A stretch of DNA of 61,408 nucleotides, the filler included, from Nemertoderma westbladi (taxonomy: Eukaryota > Animalia > Xenacoelomorpha): assembly GCA_032718475.1 (NCBI GenBank). It is 3 parts of 3 records of this genome, joined end to end, with 100 filler letters (N's around TTAATTAATTAA, not from the genome) between each part and the next. Parts side by side here need not be neighbours in the genome. Positions count along the whole stretch, not along the records: positions 16,936 to 48,226 come from JAUCBJ010008971.1; 2 more parts are not named here. The stretch is one strand, 5' to 3'. Below the pieces are notes generated by a model. The model did not search any database, was not told where the DNA came from, and saw only the letters and a program-made list of their open reading frames with translations. This document shows positions 23,228 through 34,039 of the stretch, piece after piece (position 1 is the stretch's first letter; the number at the start of each line of letters is the position of its first letter). The position numbers and the translations under genes were made by a program.

Positions 23228-26200
23228 ATGGATCGGCCACAGTTCAAGTCACCACGTTTAGTTGCTCTAACAAAAACAGAAACCATAACTACTTTTGAAA
23301 ACTGGCGTCAGAGTTTACTGTTTAATATATCTCTTTCACCAGAGTTCAAACGCTTTACCCTCCCGGGCACAGTTTGGTTGCCAGCCACAGAGCCTGATCC
23401 ACACCGCGGTTTTACAAATGATGGCAACGATGTTCCTGCTGCTACCCGACAGTCTGCTGCGGCGATTGCCCACAGTTTGGAAATCATGCTGGGTTTTATC
23501 TCTAACCTTGCTCCCATAGTTGCTCGTGAGTCAATCATAAGAGATTCTACATCCTTACAGTCCATATGGCAAACAATTCGCTTACATTATGGTTTTCAGC
23601 AAACAGGAGCTCAGTTTTTAGCATTCCTAGATCATAAGCTTGAGTTAGACGAACGCCCGGAGGACCTTTATCAACGCCTCCGTGCATTTATTGATGACAG
23701 TTTACTGTCCCCTGAAGTCGGCATACGCCATCATGGTATCGTTCCCACCCAGAAAGAATCTCTTGGTCCAGTAATGGAGAATACCATAGTTGTACTATGG
23801 CTTCACTTAGTCCATCCAGCACTACCACGATTAATTGCACAACGCTATGGCACTAACCTTCGTTTAGATACCATTGCTTCTATAAAACCAGAGATTTCAG
23901 CTGCCCTTCCATCCTTATTGGCGGAACTCAACTCTTCTGAGATCCATACAATGCGGTCAAATGTTTACCGTCCTTCCAACCCCCGTCCCTCACGATTCCA
24001 GTCCCGGAATGGTCCACTTTCGGGTACCTCTGCGCGGTTCTCATACCCCCAGTTCCCCCGACCCACACCTGTCAACACCCCTCGTACATTTGCTGGGCAA
24101 CGGTCTCCCCCCGTCTGCCCCTTCTGTCAGCTTGCAGGTCGTCGCCATGACCACTTTCTCAGTAGTTGTAAATCATTACCCGTGTCTGACCAACGTTTCC
24201 TATCTTCAGTTCGAAATGTTGACATTGTTGATGATTATGCAGATCCATATGCAGAATACAGTAGTATGCCTGAAGAACAGTGCCAGGATCAGTATTTAGA
24301 GGATTGTAGCCCATCCATCAACCGTGTAGCTGTTTCTCATTCCCCTATAATACAGTTATATTATGGGACAACAACTGTTGATATTCTTATAGACAGTGGC
24401 GCTGAATCTGATTTAATTCTAGACACGTTTGCCCATAGCCTTGGTGTTAAGGTTAGGCCCAATCACGACCAAGTACCAGCCCAGGCAGATGGGTCCTCCC
24501 GCCTTCGTGTAGTAGGTGATACCATTTTTACATTGGAGCGAAACGGACTCCAGTTCCTGTTCCGTGGTTTAGTCGTGAGTAATTTGTCATCGCCAATCCT
24601 TGCAGGAATGCCATTTTTGATCTATAATAATATTAGCCTCCATCCGGCTACTCATAGTGTCAGTTTTAGCGATGGATCCACACTCAGCTACCGTCCAGAA
24701 ACCAATAAGTACCATAATCCACCCCGAGTACGACAGGTCTCTACATCCTGTATCCTCAGAGCAGCCCCTCAATCATCTGTTGTATGGCCTGGTGATCACC
24801 TCAAGGTTCTCGTCCCTCCAGTTGTAGGTTCACTCCCTGGCGTTTTGGTTGCTCCCCATACCAAATCATCACTTTCGCGACGCACCCCATCCAATTGGTT
24901 TGCACCAATGTCCCTACCAGTTGAAGACAACTATATATCTATTCCCAATCACTCTCCGGATCCTATCTTTATCCAGCGTAATTCTCATGTTGGTGTCGTA
25001 ACCCCCGTCATGGAGTCTCCTCCTGTGTCTCTCCTCCCAGGTCCAAGCGTTCCTCCAACCATACGATCAGTGAAGGTACCCCTTATTGATATGATTGAAT
25101 CCGTTAAAATTGACCCTGACAACATTATGTCTTATCGCGAACGGGCACATTTCCATGATGTTCTCAAGTCATATGCATCCGTTTTCAATCCCCAGTATAC
25201 TGGCTATAACGGCCAATCTGGCCCATTTGAGGCTGTTGTAAATATCGGTGCAACTCTGCCCCCCCAACGGAAAGGTCGTGTACCCCAGTACTCTCGTAAT
25301 CGACTTGTGGAGCTTCAAGCAAGGTTTGATGAATTGGAACAGTTAGGTGTTTTTGCCACCCCAGAAAGTATTGGCATTAATGTAGAGTACCTCAATCCCT
25401 CATTTCTTGTTTCAAAACCTAATGGTGGAACACGCCTCGTTACTGCTTTCACTGAAGTAGCAAAATTTTGTAAGCCTCAGCCTGCCCTTCTACCTGATGT
25501 AAATTCTACCCTTCGGGCTATCGGCCAGTTCAAGTATCTAATTAAGACAGACCTAACTAGCGCATTTTATCAAATACCTCTCCAGAAGTCCTCTATGCGT
25601 TATTGTGGTGTTGTCACACCGTTTCGAGGCGTCCGTGTTTATACACGTTGCGCCATGGGAATGCCTGGGTCTGAAACGGCTCTTGAAGAGCTTTTGACAC
25701 GAGTCCTAGGAGATTTGCTCGTTTCTGGCTGCGTAATTAAGCTGGCTGACGACCTATATTGTGGGGGTAACACAGTTGATGAAGCTCATTCTGCCTTTAG
25801 CCAGCTCTTACAAGCCCTCAGTGCCAATGGCCTTTGCTTGGCTGCGTCCAAGACCATTATCTGTCCAAAGTCCACCACCATTCTTGGCTGGGTATGGTCC
25901 CAAGGCACTATATCTGCTTCTTCACACATAACATCCGCTCTATCTAGTTGTGCTCGCCCCGACACCATGCGTTCCTTGCGTTCATTTATTGGTTCCTATA
26001 AGACCCTCACACGAGTTCTTCCCAGATGCTCTGCCTTGATTGGTCCACTTGATTCTCTTCTCACTTCATCACCCCATGAGCCAATACAGTGGAATGACGA
26101 GTCTACAGCTGTTTTCCATCGTGCACAGGCTGCTATACAATCTTGCCACACTGTCTCCCTCACCCAAACTACTGACGAATTATTTATTCTTACTGATGCT

Positions 26201-28232
26201 GCATCAAGCAATGATGGCCTTGGAGCAATCCTTTATGCTAAGAGGGATTCCCGAATGTTAGTAGCAGGTTACTATTCGGCTAAGTTACAGACCCACCATC
26301 ACACATGGTTGCCTTGTGAGCTAGAAGCCCTGGCCATTTCAAATGCTATCAAGCATTTCTCACCATTGATACTTAATAGTTCATTACCAACTCAAGTACT
26401 CACCGATAGCAAGCCTTGTGTACAGGCATACCAAAAGATGTCCCGTGGTATCTTTTCTAGCAGCCCTCGGATTTTTACTTTTCTTGCTACTGCAAGCCAG
26501 TTTCGTGTTCGGATCACCCATATCAGTGGTAACAGTAATCTTCCTGCTGATTTCCAGAGTAGGAACATTCTCCCATGTGAGTTGCAGAGTTGTCAAATCT
26601 GCAAGTTCCTCGCCGAATCAGAAGAGTCACCAGTCGTCAGGGTCCTACCAGTTAAACCTGTCTTACAAGCTCATACCACACTAGCACCTAATAATTCTAT
26701 TGATATTTGTCCCCGCCCAGTCTATGCTAATCGCAGTGCGTGGTTAGCTACTCAACGTGAAGACCCCGAACTTGCTCGGGTATCGAGTTACCTTTCATAT
26801 GGTACTCGCCCTGGCAAAAAGGACACTCACAGTCGTGATATCAAATGATATCTTGGATGTGCCATTATAGCTTCTGATGGTCTTCTTATTGTCCGCCATG
26901 ACCGACCTTTTTCCTCCGTACGTGAATCAATTGTTGTGCCCAGGAGCAGTCTACCAGGTTTGTTGATGTCTCTTCATTTGGAGCTTAATCATCCTTCCCG
27001 TACCCAGCTTCGGAAGGTTTTTCTCCGGTATTTCTTTGCCCTTGATCTGGATTCCACACTCGATACTACCATTAGATCATGTCATCAGTGTGTTGCACTT
27101 AGTACAGCTCCTCCACAATTAATACCACAATCAGCATCCAACCCACCTGCTGTTCTTGGTATTTCCTTTGCTGCAGACGTATTTCGCCAACATCGACAGT
27201 ACATATTGCTTGTTCGTGAGACATTATCATCATTTACCACATCATGTGAAATCGCAGATGAGCGTTCTGAAACCCTCCGTAATGCTTTAATATTATTAAC
27301 CTCAAACCTGGTTCCAATCAGTGGCCCCCCTGCCGTGATACGCGTGGATCCTGCACCAGCCTTCAAATCACTTGATGGTGATGCCTTTCTTCTACGCCAT
27401 AATATAAGACTGGAAATAGGTAATCCCAAGAATATAAACAAGAACCCAGTAGCGGAACATGCCATTGGTGAATTAAAACGGGAGCTACTCCGTCACCAGC
27501 CTGCAGGTGGCCCCTTCTCTGCTGTCGTATTTATTAGCAGTATGCACTGCTCGCGTAAACGCCCTCCTGCGATCATCTGGTCTCTCTGCTCGTGAGATTC
27601 TATTCGCCCGCGATCAAAACATGGGTGATCAAATCCCAGTCAGTGACGTATCACTCTCCATCACTCAACGTCAACGCCGCGATGAAAACCATGATGCCAG
27701 TGCTCGTTCCAAAACACCTAGACCTCGTTTGTTACCCTCTTCACCCCCCATTAGGGTAGGTGATCTTGTCTACCTCCGAAGTGATGATCATAAGTTACAT
27801 GCTCGTTGTCGTTACCTAGTTGCCTCTATTGATGGTGAGTGGGCATCAATCCGCAAATTTGTGGGCACACAGTATCGCACCCTTGCCTATCGCGTGCCTC
27901 TCCATGATTGTTACTCAATACCATCTATTTCACCAGTTTGTAACCCCACACCCAGTGAATCTGATGATGATGACGTGGAGGTACTTACACCAGTTGACAA
28001 AATGGGTTCTGTCAAACCAGCTGAGGGCCATCGTAGTGATGGAGATGAGTTTACTATACCCGCCCCATCAACACCTAGCTCTGAGACCCCTCTCCCTTTG
28101 TCTCGAGCTGATTGCGATGAAGTCTCGCCAGTCGTTGCTCCACCTGATCCCATCCCACCACAGGATGCAGCCTCTCGATGGCCGCGACGCACCCGAAATC
28201 CTCCAAAATACTACGGGTATCCGAATCAGTGA
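23228..28232 (+). pseudogene. Gypsy gag-pol polyprotein with one in-frame stop (26846-26848) and one frameshift (about 27525)
   Basis: Gag with C-x2-C-x6-H-x4-C knuckle, protease LIDSGAE, RT KTDLTSAFYQ and KLADDL, RNase H LTDAA/CELEALA/LTDSKP, integrase HHCC plus AADV/RVDPA/VAEHAI. Confidence 0.92.
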
Positions 28233-28673
28233 TGTCTCAAACATTAAATGCTCATCACATACTGCCCTTCCCTACATACGAGTTGATTAATATACCTCAG
28301 CGAAACTCCTCTGACTCATTTATTAGAGAAGCTCCTATGACTCATTTATTAGTCATTATTTGGTGTTGGTGTTGGTTTTTACCATATAATTAATACTTTA
28401 CCTGACTCAGAACTTATATTTACGTGTATAGTTTAACGCTAGGTTGTTTGTGTTTGTGTTTGATAATTGTATATCCTACTGTAGTATGTAGTTTAAAGTC
28501 TCCGTTTGTCATGATTGATTCTGGCACAGTTACTGTACCAGTAGTATCTAGGCCTTATTTACGAGTGTCGTTTATTTGCTTATTTTAGGTGTTGCGTCAT
28601 TGGTCCACCCCCCCCCCCCCTTTTTTTTTTACAAATTGATAGTATGGAATCTAAGCGAAGACAAAAGAAGTTG

Positions 28674-28944
28674 CGCCACCCAGTTGGGTAGCACCCACCA
28701 TTCCCATTGAGGCTGTGCCATAGGTCAGGACCGACCCTTCACCTTACTGCTGTTTTACATACATCATAGCCTACCGGTTGTTGTGTCTGTGTCTTCCATA
28801 TTACCGCAGTACCGCGTTTGTGCTGCATACCTATCTGTTATACTTCTGTTATACCATTATACTGTTATACAGTTATATGAGTTGTGATACATATACGTTG
28901 GCCTTTGTTGCTGTTCATACACCAGCTTCTCCTTTACCTTGGCG
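28674..28944 (+). repeat. 3' LTR of the Gypsy element
   Basis: Direct repeat of 22538-22808, preceded by the purine tract AAGCGAAGACAAAAGAAG. Confidence 0.9.
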
Positions 28945-29617
28945 TAGACTTAATTGTATTTTTTTCAACTTTTTAGGAAATTTAAATTTAATTCTAGAAT
29001 TATTTGTATTAAAAATGAATTCGAAATCTCTATATTTCGCTTCAGAATTAAACAGTTTATTTATATCATCAATAATCACTTGAATAGAGCTATGCATACC
29101 AGGAAATAAACTATATAATTTGGCATCTTTTGCATCTACCCCGATTGACAGCGAGATTTGAGTTTGCAGTGTAATATTACTGTATGTTGCTTGGTATTGT
29201 AGCTTGGCAAGCCCAATTTTAGCGTTTGGACCAATATATAATTCTTCGGCTAAATCAACAGTAAACTCACTAGGATTATTATTGGGGTAAGTGTTTAATG
29301 AGCTATCTGAAAGTAGAGTGATATATGTATCTGTGGCCATTATTATTATTATTATTTAAGCTCTCTCTCTACTTGACTCCATTGTACATACAGTACAGTA
29401 TAATGTTAAATTATAGACATCTGTGACCACGTTCATTGTCGCATCTTCTACAGTATATGCGCGGGATCAATATTTTACTGGCTTTATTGGCTTTATTTAA
29501 AACGGATGAACTATAGATATAGTAATATCATTCGAGTTAATATTGATTAATTACGGTCATATGCGACCAAAATGAATTAATATACAGTATAAACCTAAGC
29601 TTATTGAATATGCTGTA

Positions 29618-30335
29618 TTATATTCATCTTTAAAAATAACACACGAAGCACAACAATTACTGGACAAACATAATTCAACCACCACCAGCTGTCATTACCC
29701 ATCACCTAGCAACCGTATAAACACAAGGTAGAATATTGCCTACAGGACTGCCATACCAGTACTGTCTGCAGCTAATACCTGAATACTGCTGTACTGTAAT
29801 GAACTGCCCATCACACCGGATTGCTGTCGGCGTTACTGAGGACGATGGACGTTTCCCCAACATCGCACCTCACCGGACGCTTCCTGGCGGACCGATTGCC
29901 ACGCAGACAGAGGAGGGCTGATCGCAATAGCGCGAAGCTCAGCCGCCTGCGCACCCACGCCACGCACTCGGAGTACGGGTAGTCACGTTTGTCGGACAGC
30001 TTCAGTGACAAGCGCTTGAGGAACTGTGACGCTGCCGGCGAAGTTCCACCGAACGTCGAGAAGATAAGCGGAGTGAAGCTGGCGTGCTCGACTTCCCGCA
30101 ACCGGTCCTCGTACTTGAGTCTCTTGCGAGACTCGTGGTGTAGGTGGGCTGCCGGAAGGGACATCGCCGCGTTGGTGTCTGCCAGCGGATTAAAGACTGA
30201 GACGTCGATGAACGTCTTCTGGAAGCGGTTGCCCCAGAATCCGCTCACCGAAACGTCTAGCCTCGCCTGCTGGTCTGTCGAAGTCGACCGATGACTGAAA
30301 GTCTCGCCCGATAATGGCTGGAGTTGCGGTTCCAT
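29618..30335 (-). mobile_element. 5'-truncated CRE-like non-LTR retrotransposon (restriction-like endonuclease C-terminus plus 3' UTR)
   Basis: RLDVSVSGFWG...FIDVSVFNP...KRLKY...FTPLIFSTFGG...RRLSFALLRSALLCLRG. GC-rich island flanked by the 19-bp direct repeat GCTTATTGAATATGCTGTA at 29599-29617 and 30336-30354. Confidence 0.85.
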
Positions 30336-30337
30336 GC

Positions 30338-31426
30338 TTATTGAATATGCTGTACCCACGACTGTTTCTTGGATCCGATGAATCGGACTAAATATTCTTT
30401 CTTCCCATTGCGTACACGTTCTTTAAGTTTGCCAATATTTTTATCAATTGCTAGATAAATATTACTATTCGGGTGGACATTTTGGAGTTCGTGAGAATAA
30501 AATGAGCCATTTATTATAGCTCCAGCGCTGTCCTTAATATCGAACATTACCGCAGGTACTCTATCCAACCTGACACGATGAATAATAAATAATTCACGTG
30601 TCCATTGTTCTCGATAGCCTTTAGCAAAAGCAGTACGAGCGATAGATAATCGTACTGTATCTCCAACTTTAAATTTTATTTTCTTATGATTAATCTGTCT
30701 ATATTTCCCATATAATCTATTCATTAATTCAGTTTCATTAAATTTATTAACTTCAATAGGTGTCATTTTTATTGTCCTATGATATGACCTATTATAAGCA
30801 TAAATGAGCTTTGGTAAAATTTTAATCCAAACATTATTTCCTCGTTGTGTAAAAATTTTGAACATCTTTGTTTTTAATGTTCTATTGAATCTCTCGACAA
30901 TAGCCGCCTTATTCACAGAATACATTACGTAATACTGTATACCTAACGTATCTAAATATTTTCTTACAGATTTATTTAGAAACTCAGACCCTTGATCAGT
31001 CGCGATTCTGTTTGGTTTTCCTTTCTGGAATATTTTTTGCAATATACTAATAATTTCAATACCAGTTTTGGTTTTCATACCATAGCCAAAAGCAAGCCTG
31101 CTAAAGGCATCAATACATGTTAATATATAGTTATAATTATTATTTTGCGATTTATATTGCTGCATATCCACCAGATCTATCATATATATATCTTTTAAAC
31201 CTCCCGTAAATATTTTAGATGTTGGATAATGATGTCTACGTGGAGCGTGAAGGGTGTATGTCTTTTGCCCGCTCAACCATTTCTGGGCTTGTGCTGGTTT
31301 GATGTTTGCAGCTTTTGCTAATTTTGCAACACTTGCAAAACCCGCGGGGGATGATGGATCTAAATAAATTCTTAACAGTTTTTTGTCTAAGCTTCGGCTT
31401 AAAATCGGTTTCATCTTGCGAGGCAT
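30338..31426 (-). CDS. Polinton retroviral-like (rve) integrase
   Basis: DDE triad MIDLVDM / ATDQGSEF / IVERFNRTLK, plus YTLH, FKVGDTVR, FAKGY..QWTRELF and a chromo-like tail EYLVRFIG. Confidence 0.94.
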   Translation of the reverse strand: MPRKMKPILSRSLDKKLLRIYLDPSSPAGFASVAKLAKAANIKPAQAQKWLSGQKTYTLHAPRRHHYPTSKIFTGGLKDIYMIDLVDMQQYKSQNNNYNYILTCIDAFSRLAFGYGMKTKTGIEIISILQKIFQKGKPNRIATDQGSEFLNKSVRKYLDTLGIQYYVMYSVNKAAIVERFNRTLKTKMFKIFTQRGNNVWIKILPKLIYAYNRSYHRTIKMTPIEVNKFNETELMNRLYGKYRQINHKKIKFKVGDTVRLSIARTAFAKGYREQWTRELFIIHRVRLDRVPAVMFDIKDSAGAIINGSFYSHELQNVHPNSNIYLAIDKNIGKLKERVRNGKKEYLVRFIGSKKQSWVQHIQ

Positions 31427-31650
31427 CTTTTCGACAACCGCAAGTAATATGTATATTCAAATCTCTTATAAAGGGCATCACCGTAAGAACAACTGAAATT
31501 TTTTAATTATTTTCTTTGAAGTTGATGTTTTAAAGGGTTTTCTTTTTGTAGTATTTACTCTAGGTATATCTTGTGGTTTTAAATCAGTAGCTAACGGTTT
31601 ACTCGATACTAAATATAATTTTCTAAATGTTACTCCTGTTTTAACCATTA

Positions 31651-32034
31651 TTACCATCCGCGGTTAATTTTTTTCGCAATAGCTGCTCCAGCGGCGGCGG
31701 CACCGGCACTCGCGGCGAGTTTCGCACCAATGCCGAGTAAGGGTATTAGAAATGGTAGTATACCTCCAGATTGATTGCTTAACTTTTTTCTGTAACTTGA
31801 TATATTTTTTGTTTTACGGTTGAGTGATTTCAATACCTTCTTATAGCTGCGAATATTTCTAAATGAATGAGGGGTTAATTGTACGTTACCTTTTAGAACA
31901 TTTAATGCAGTATTTACAATGAGCCGTATTAATTCGTTACTCGCGGTATGGTTAATAAAATAAGTTCTTTGTTGAGGGGTAGCGCTGCGTAGAAATTCCA
32001 GTTCGTTATGATATTTCTGCACAAGTCTATTCAT
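31651..32034 (-). CDS. Maverick PW-like conserved protein
   Basis: ALNVLKGNVQLT and QSGGILPFLIPLL followed by a hydrophobic, Ala-rich tail. Lies between ATPase and integrase. Confidence 0.78.
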   Translation of the reverse strand: MNRLVQKYHNELEFLRSATPQQRTYFINHTASNELIRLIVNTALNVLKGNVQLTPHSFRNIRSYKKVLKSLNRKTKNISSYRKKLSNQSGGILPFLIPLLGIGAKLAASAGAAAAGAAIAKKINRGW

Positions 32035-32071
32035 TGTTGCAACATTATTGAAAATTGTTACAAAATATTAA

Positions 32072-32752
32072 TTATTTATTATTATTATTATTATTATTTT
32101 CGCTACGTTTATAGTCAATGTAATTTTTAATGTAACAATTATGATTACGAAATATATCCGATCTAAATCTTAAATGTTCGGGTGTTTCCTGTCGTAAATC
32201 AATTAAGAAATGCGAAAATGGTTCAATAGTTGCATCTTGATAGGAATCAACTAAAAATTTGGTCTGCCCTGGTAACATCTGCTTCGCGAAATTTAAAACC
32301 GATAAACTGTCTCGCGGATTTTTCATTAATACTAAAGTATGGCTATTAATTGATCTTGTGCGGTTATGCTTCCCACCGTAAAACATGTTTTGCATTATAA
32401 AACAAATAAATATATTGGAATGATGAGCTACCTTAGTAAACAATACAGTTAAAGCTGTACTGGACTCAGTTTCTGTTAATAAATCATCTATAATTAATAA
32501 ATCTCGACTATTCACTAAACTATCTATATTTTCAGGCAAACCTTTGTAAAGGTGAGTAATACCGGGAATAGTCGGGGGATTGCTCCCGTAACAATACAAT
32601 ACTCGCAAGGGGGCTTCGTTGAAACAACCATTCTTGTGTTTAATTAAATTACTGACAAACGTTGACTTTCCAGAACCAGATGGCCCAGAAATTATCATAC
32701 TCGTTCCCATTTGAAAGTTTAAATTATATGGACCTGAATTAAAGTCAGCCAT
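32072..32752 (-). CDS. FtsK/A32-like genome packaging ATPase
   Basis: Walker A GPSGSGKS, Walker B LLIIDDL, plus FTKVAHH, MQNMF, MKNPRD and LRFRSDIF. Confidence 0.93.
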   Translation of the reverse strand: MADFNSGPYNLNFQMGTSMIISGPSGSGKSTFVSNLIKHKNGCFNEAPLRVLYCYGSNPPTIPGITHLYKGLPENIDSLVNSRDLLIIDDLLTETESSTALTVLFTKVAHHSNIFICFIMQNMFYGGKHNRTRSINSHTLVLMKNPRDSLSVLNFAKQMLPGQTKFLVDSYQDATIEPFSHFLIDLRQETPEHLRFRSDIFRNHNCYIKNYIDYKRSENNNNNNNK

Positions 32753-32973
32753 TTATTATTATTATTAAGATATATCAACAATACAATACAATATAATATA
32801 ATATAAATATCAATATCAATAAACCATCACCATTACTATGTATATAACAATAATTGAGGCAACTACAATATTAGAGTACTGTATATTTAATTAACATATG
32901 ACGCCGCTACAGTATGTGACGCTCGCTGCAACAAAAGGTGCTATTTCCAATTATAGTATAGACTGATGTAATT

Positions 32974-33426
32974 TCAAGCATGGTGAGCATCTTTATACGC
33001 GAAATAATGATAGGTAACATCGGCGGTTTGGAAATCACTTCCCGAGAATTTCGCACTAATGATTTTTTTATGTTCGCTGCTAAAAAAATAAGGAATATAG
33101 TAGCAACACCGTCGTACTACATTTCTATATAAAATATTCTCCAATATTGTAAATAAATCTCCTGGATCATTACTTTCCGCAGAAATATAAGTTATATTTC
33201 GAAGCTCTTTCCAATAATAGGGTTGATAACTTGCCAACTTTATATTAAACTTAGATATGGGTGCGCGACAAATAGGACAAATTTTAGAACAATAATTATT
33301 CATTTCGGAATATTGTACAATACATTGTACACAAGTTGCATGTTTATTTTCACATTTATAATAATCTCGATGTTGTTGCAATAACTTAGAATAGCAAACT
33401 GGACATTTTTCATTTAAAATATCCAT
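32974..33426 (-). CDS. RING-finger protein (putative E3 ubiquitin ligase)
   Basis: CPVC...CENKHATCVQC...CPICR pattern. Confidence 0.75.
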   Translation of the reverse strand: MDILNEKCPVCYSKLLQQHRDYYKCENKHATCVQCIVQYSEMNNYCSKICPICRAPISKFNIKLASYQPYYWKELRNITYISAESNDPGDLFTILENILYRNVVRRCCYYIPYFFSSEHKKIISAKFSGSDFQTADVTYHYFAYKDAHHA

Positions 33427-33595
33427 TTTTCCAAATTTTAAAGTAAATTGAAAATAATTACCTCAATACACAACAACAACAACAACAAACAAATCTGTTA
33501 TACTGTATATACAATTACTACTACAATTTTCGATTATTTAAAAACATTAAAATTTTATAAATAATCATAAAATATTTATAATATAGAGGGAAAAG

Positions 33596-34039
33596 TCAAG
33601 AATCAATGATATTATCAACATATTCAACATTATCTGTTGATTCTTCAGGTTCGACAAAGGATTCTTTTGAAATCATTACAATAAAGAAAGACATAATTTC
33701 GTAGGGGCTATGCCGATTTAGCCGTATTTCAAACTTTTCACCAGCTTCGTTGTATTGTGTAATAACAATAAACCCCTCTATCATGGATAATAGTAAGATG
33801 TTGATTAATTTTCCCTCATGCTCAACTTTCAGGTTGTAATCTAAGAGATGAATACTATTATCAGAAGCATCAATATCAATTGAGCTTAAAACTTTCCTGG
33901 CTTTTTCAGAAAACTCAATTTTATATTTATCATCTCCCTGACGGTAAATTGTATAATCAATAACAATATAGGCTTGACCATCTTCTGCAAAAAATGAATG
34001 CCTTACTATTGGCATAACCATATCGGAATCAGAAGACAT
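33596..34039 (-). CDS. Hypothetical acidic Polinton protein
   Basis: 147-aa ORF in AT-rich DNA, co-oriented with the module. No motif recognised. Confidence 0.6.
   Translation of the reverse strand: MSSDSDMVMPIVRHSFFAEDGQAYIVIDYTIYRQGDDKYKIEFSEKARKVLSSIDIDASDNSIHLLDYNLKVEHEGKLINILLLSMIEGFIVITQYNEAGEKFEIRLNRHSPYEIMSFFIVMISKESFVEPEESTDNVEYVDNIIDS

Larger units (their letters stand above)
22538..28944 (+). mobile_element. Ty3/Gypsy LTR retrotransposon, full length
   Basis: Two 271-bp direct repeats, a PBS, a PPT and the order gag-PR-RT-RNaseH-IN. Confidence 0.95.
22064..29340 (-). pseudogene. Minor capsid protein (penton) paralog A, split by the Gypsy insertion (halves 28945-29340 and 22064-22537)
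   Basis: N-half YITLLSDSSLNTYPNNNPSEFTVDL...KIQLSLR and C-half LRGDLIQ...IFIYTDII...VGDALAPLLR...ITLRDGQGELINFSGGRTVITLKL. The halves rejoin in frame as SLRGDLIQ. Confidence 0.87.

Noticed and set aside
29811-30359. 182-aa ORF as a Polinton gene
   Set aside because: Its start is a chance read-in through the TSD, and the body is a truncated non-LTR endonuclease.
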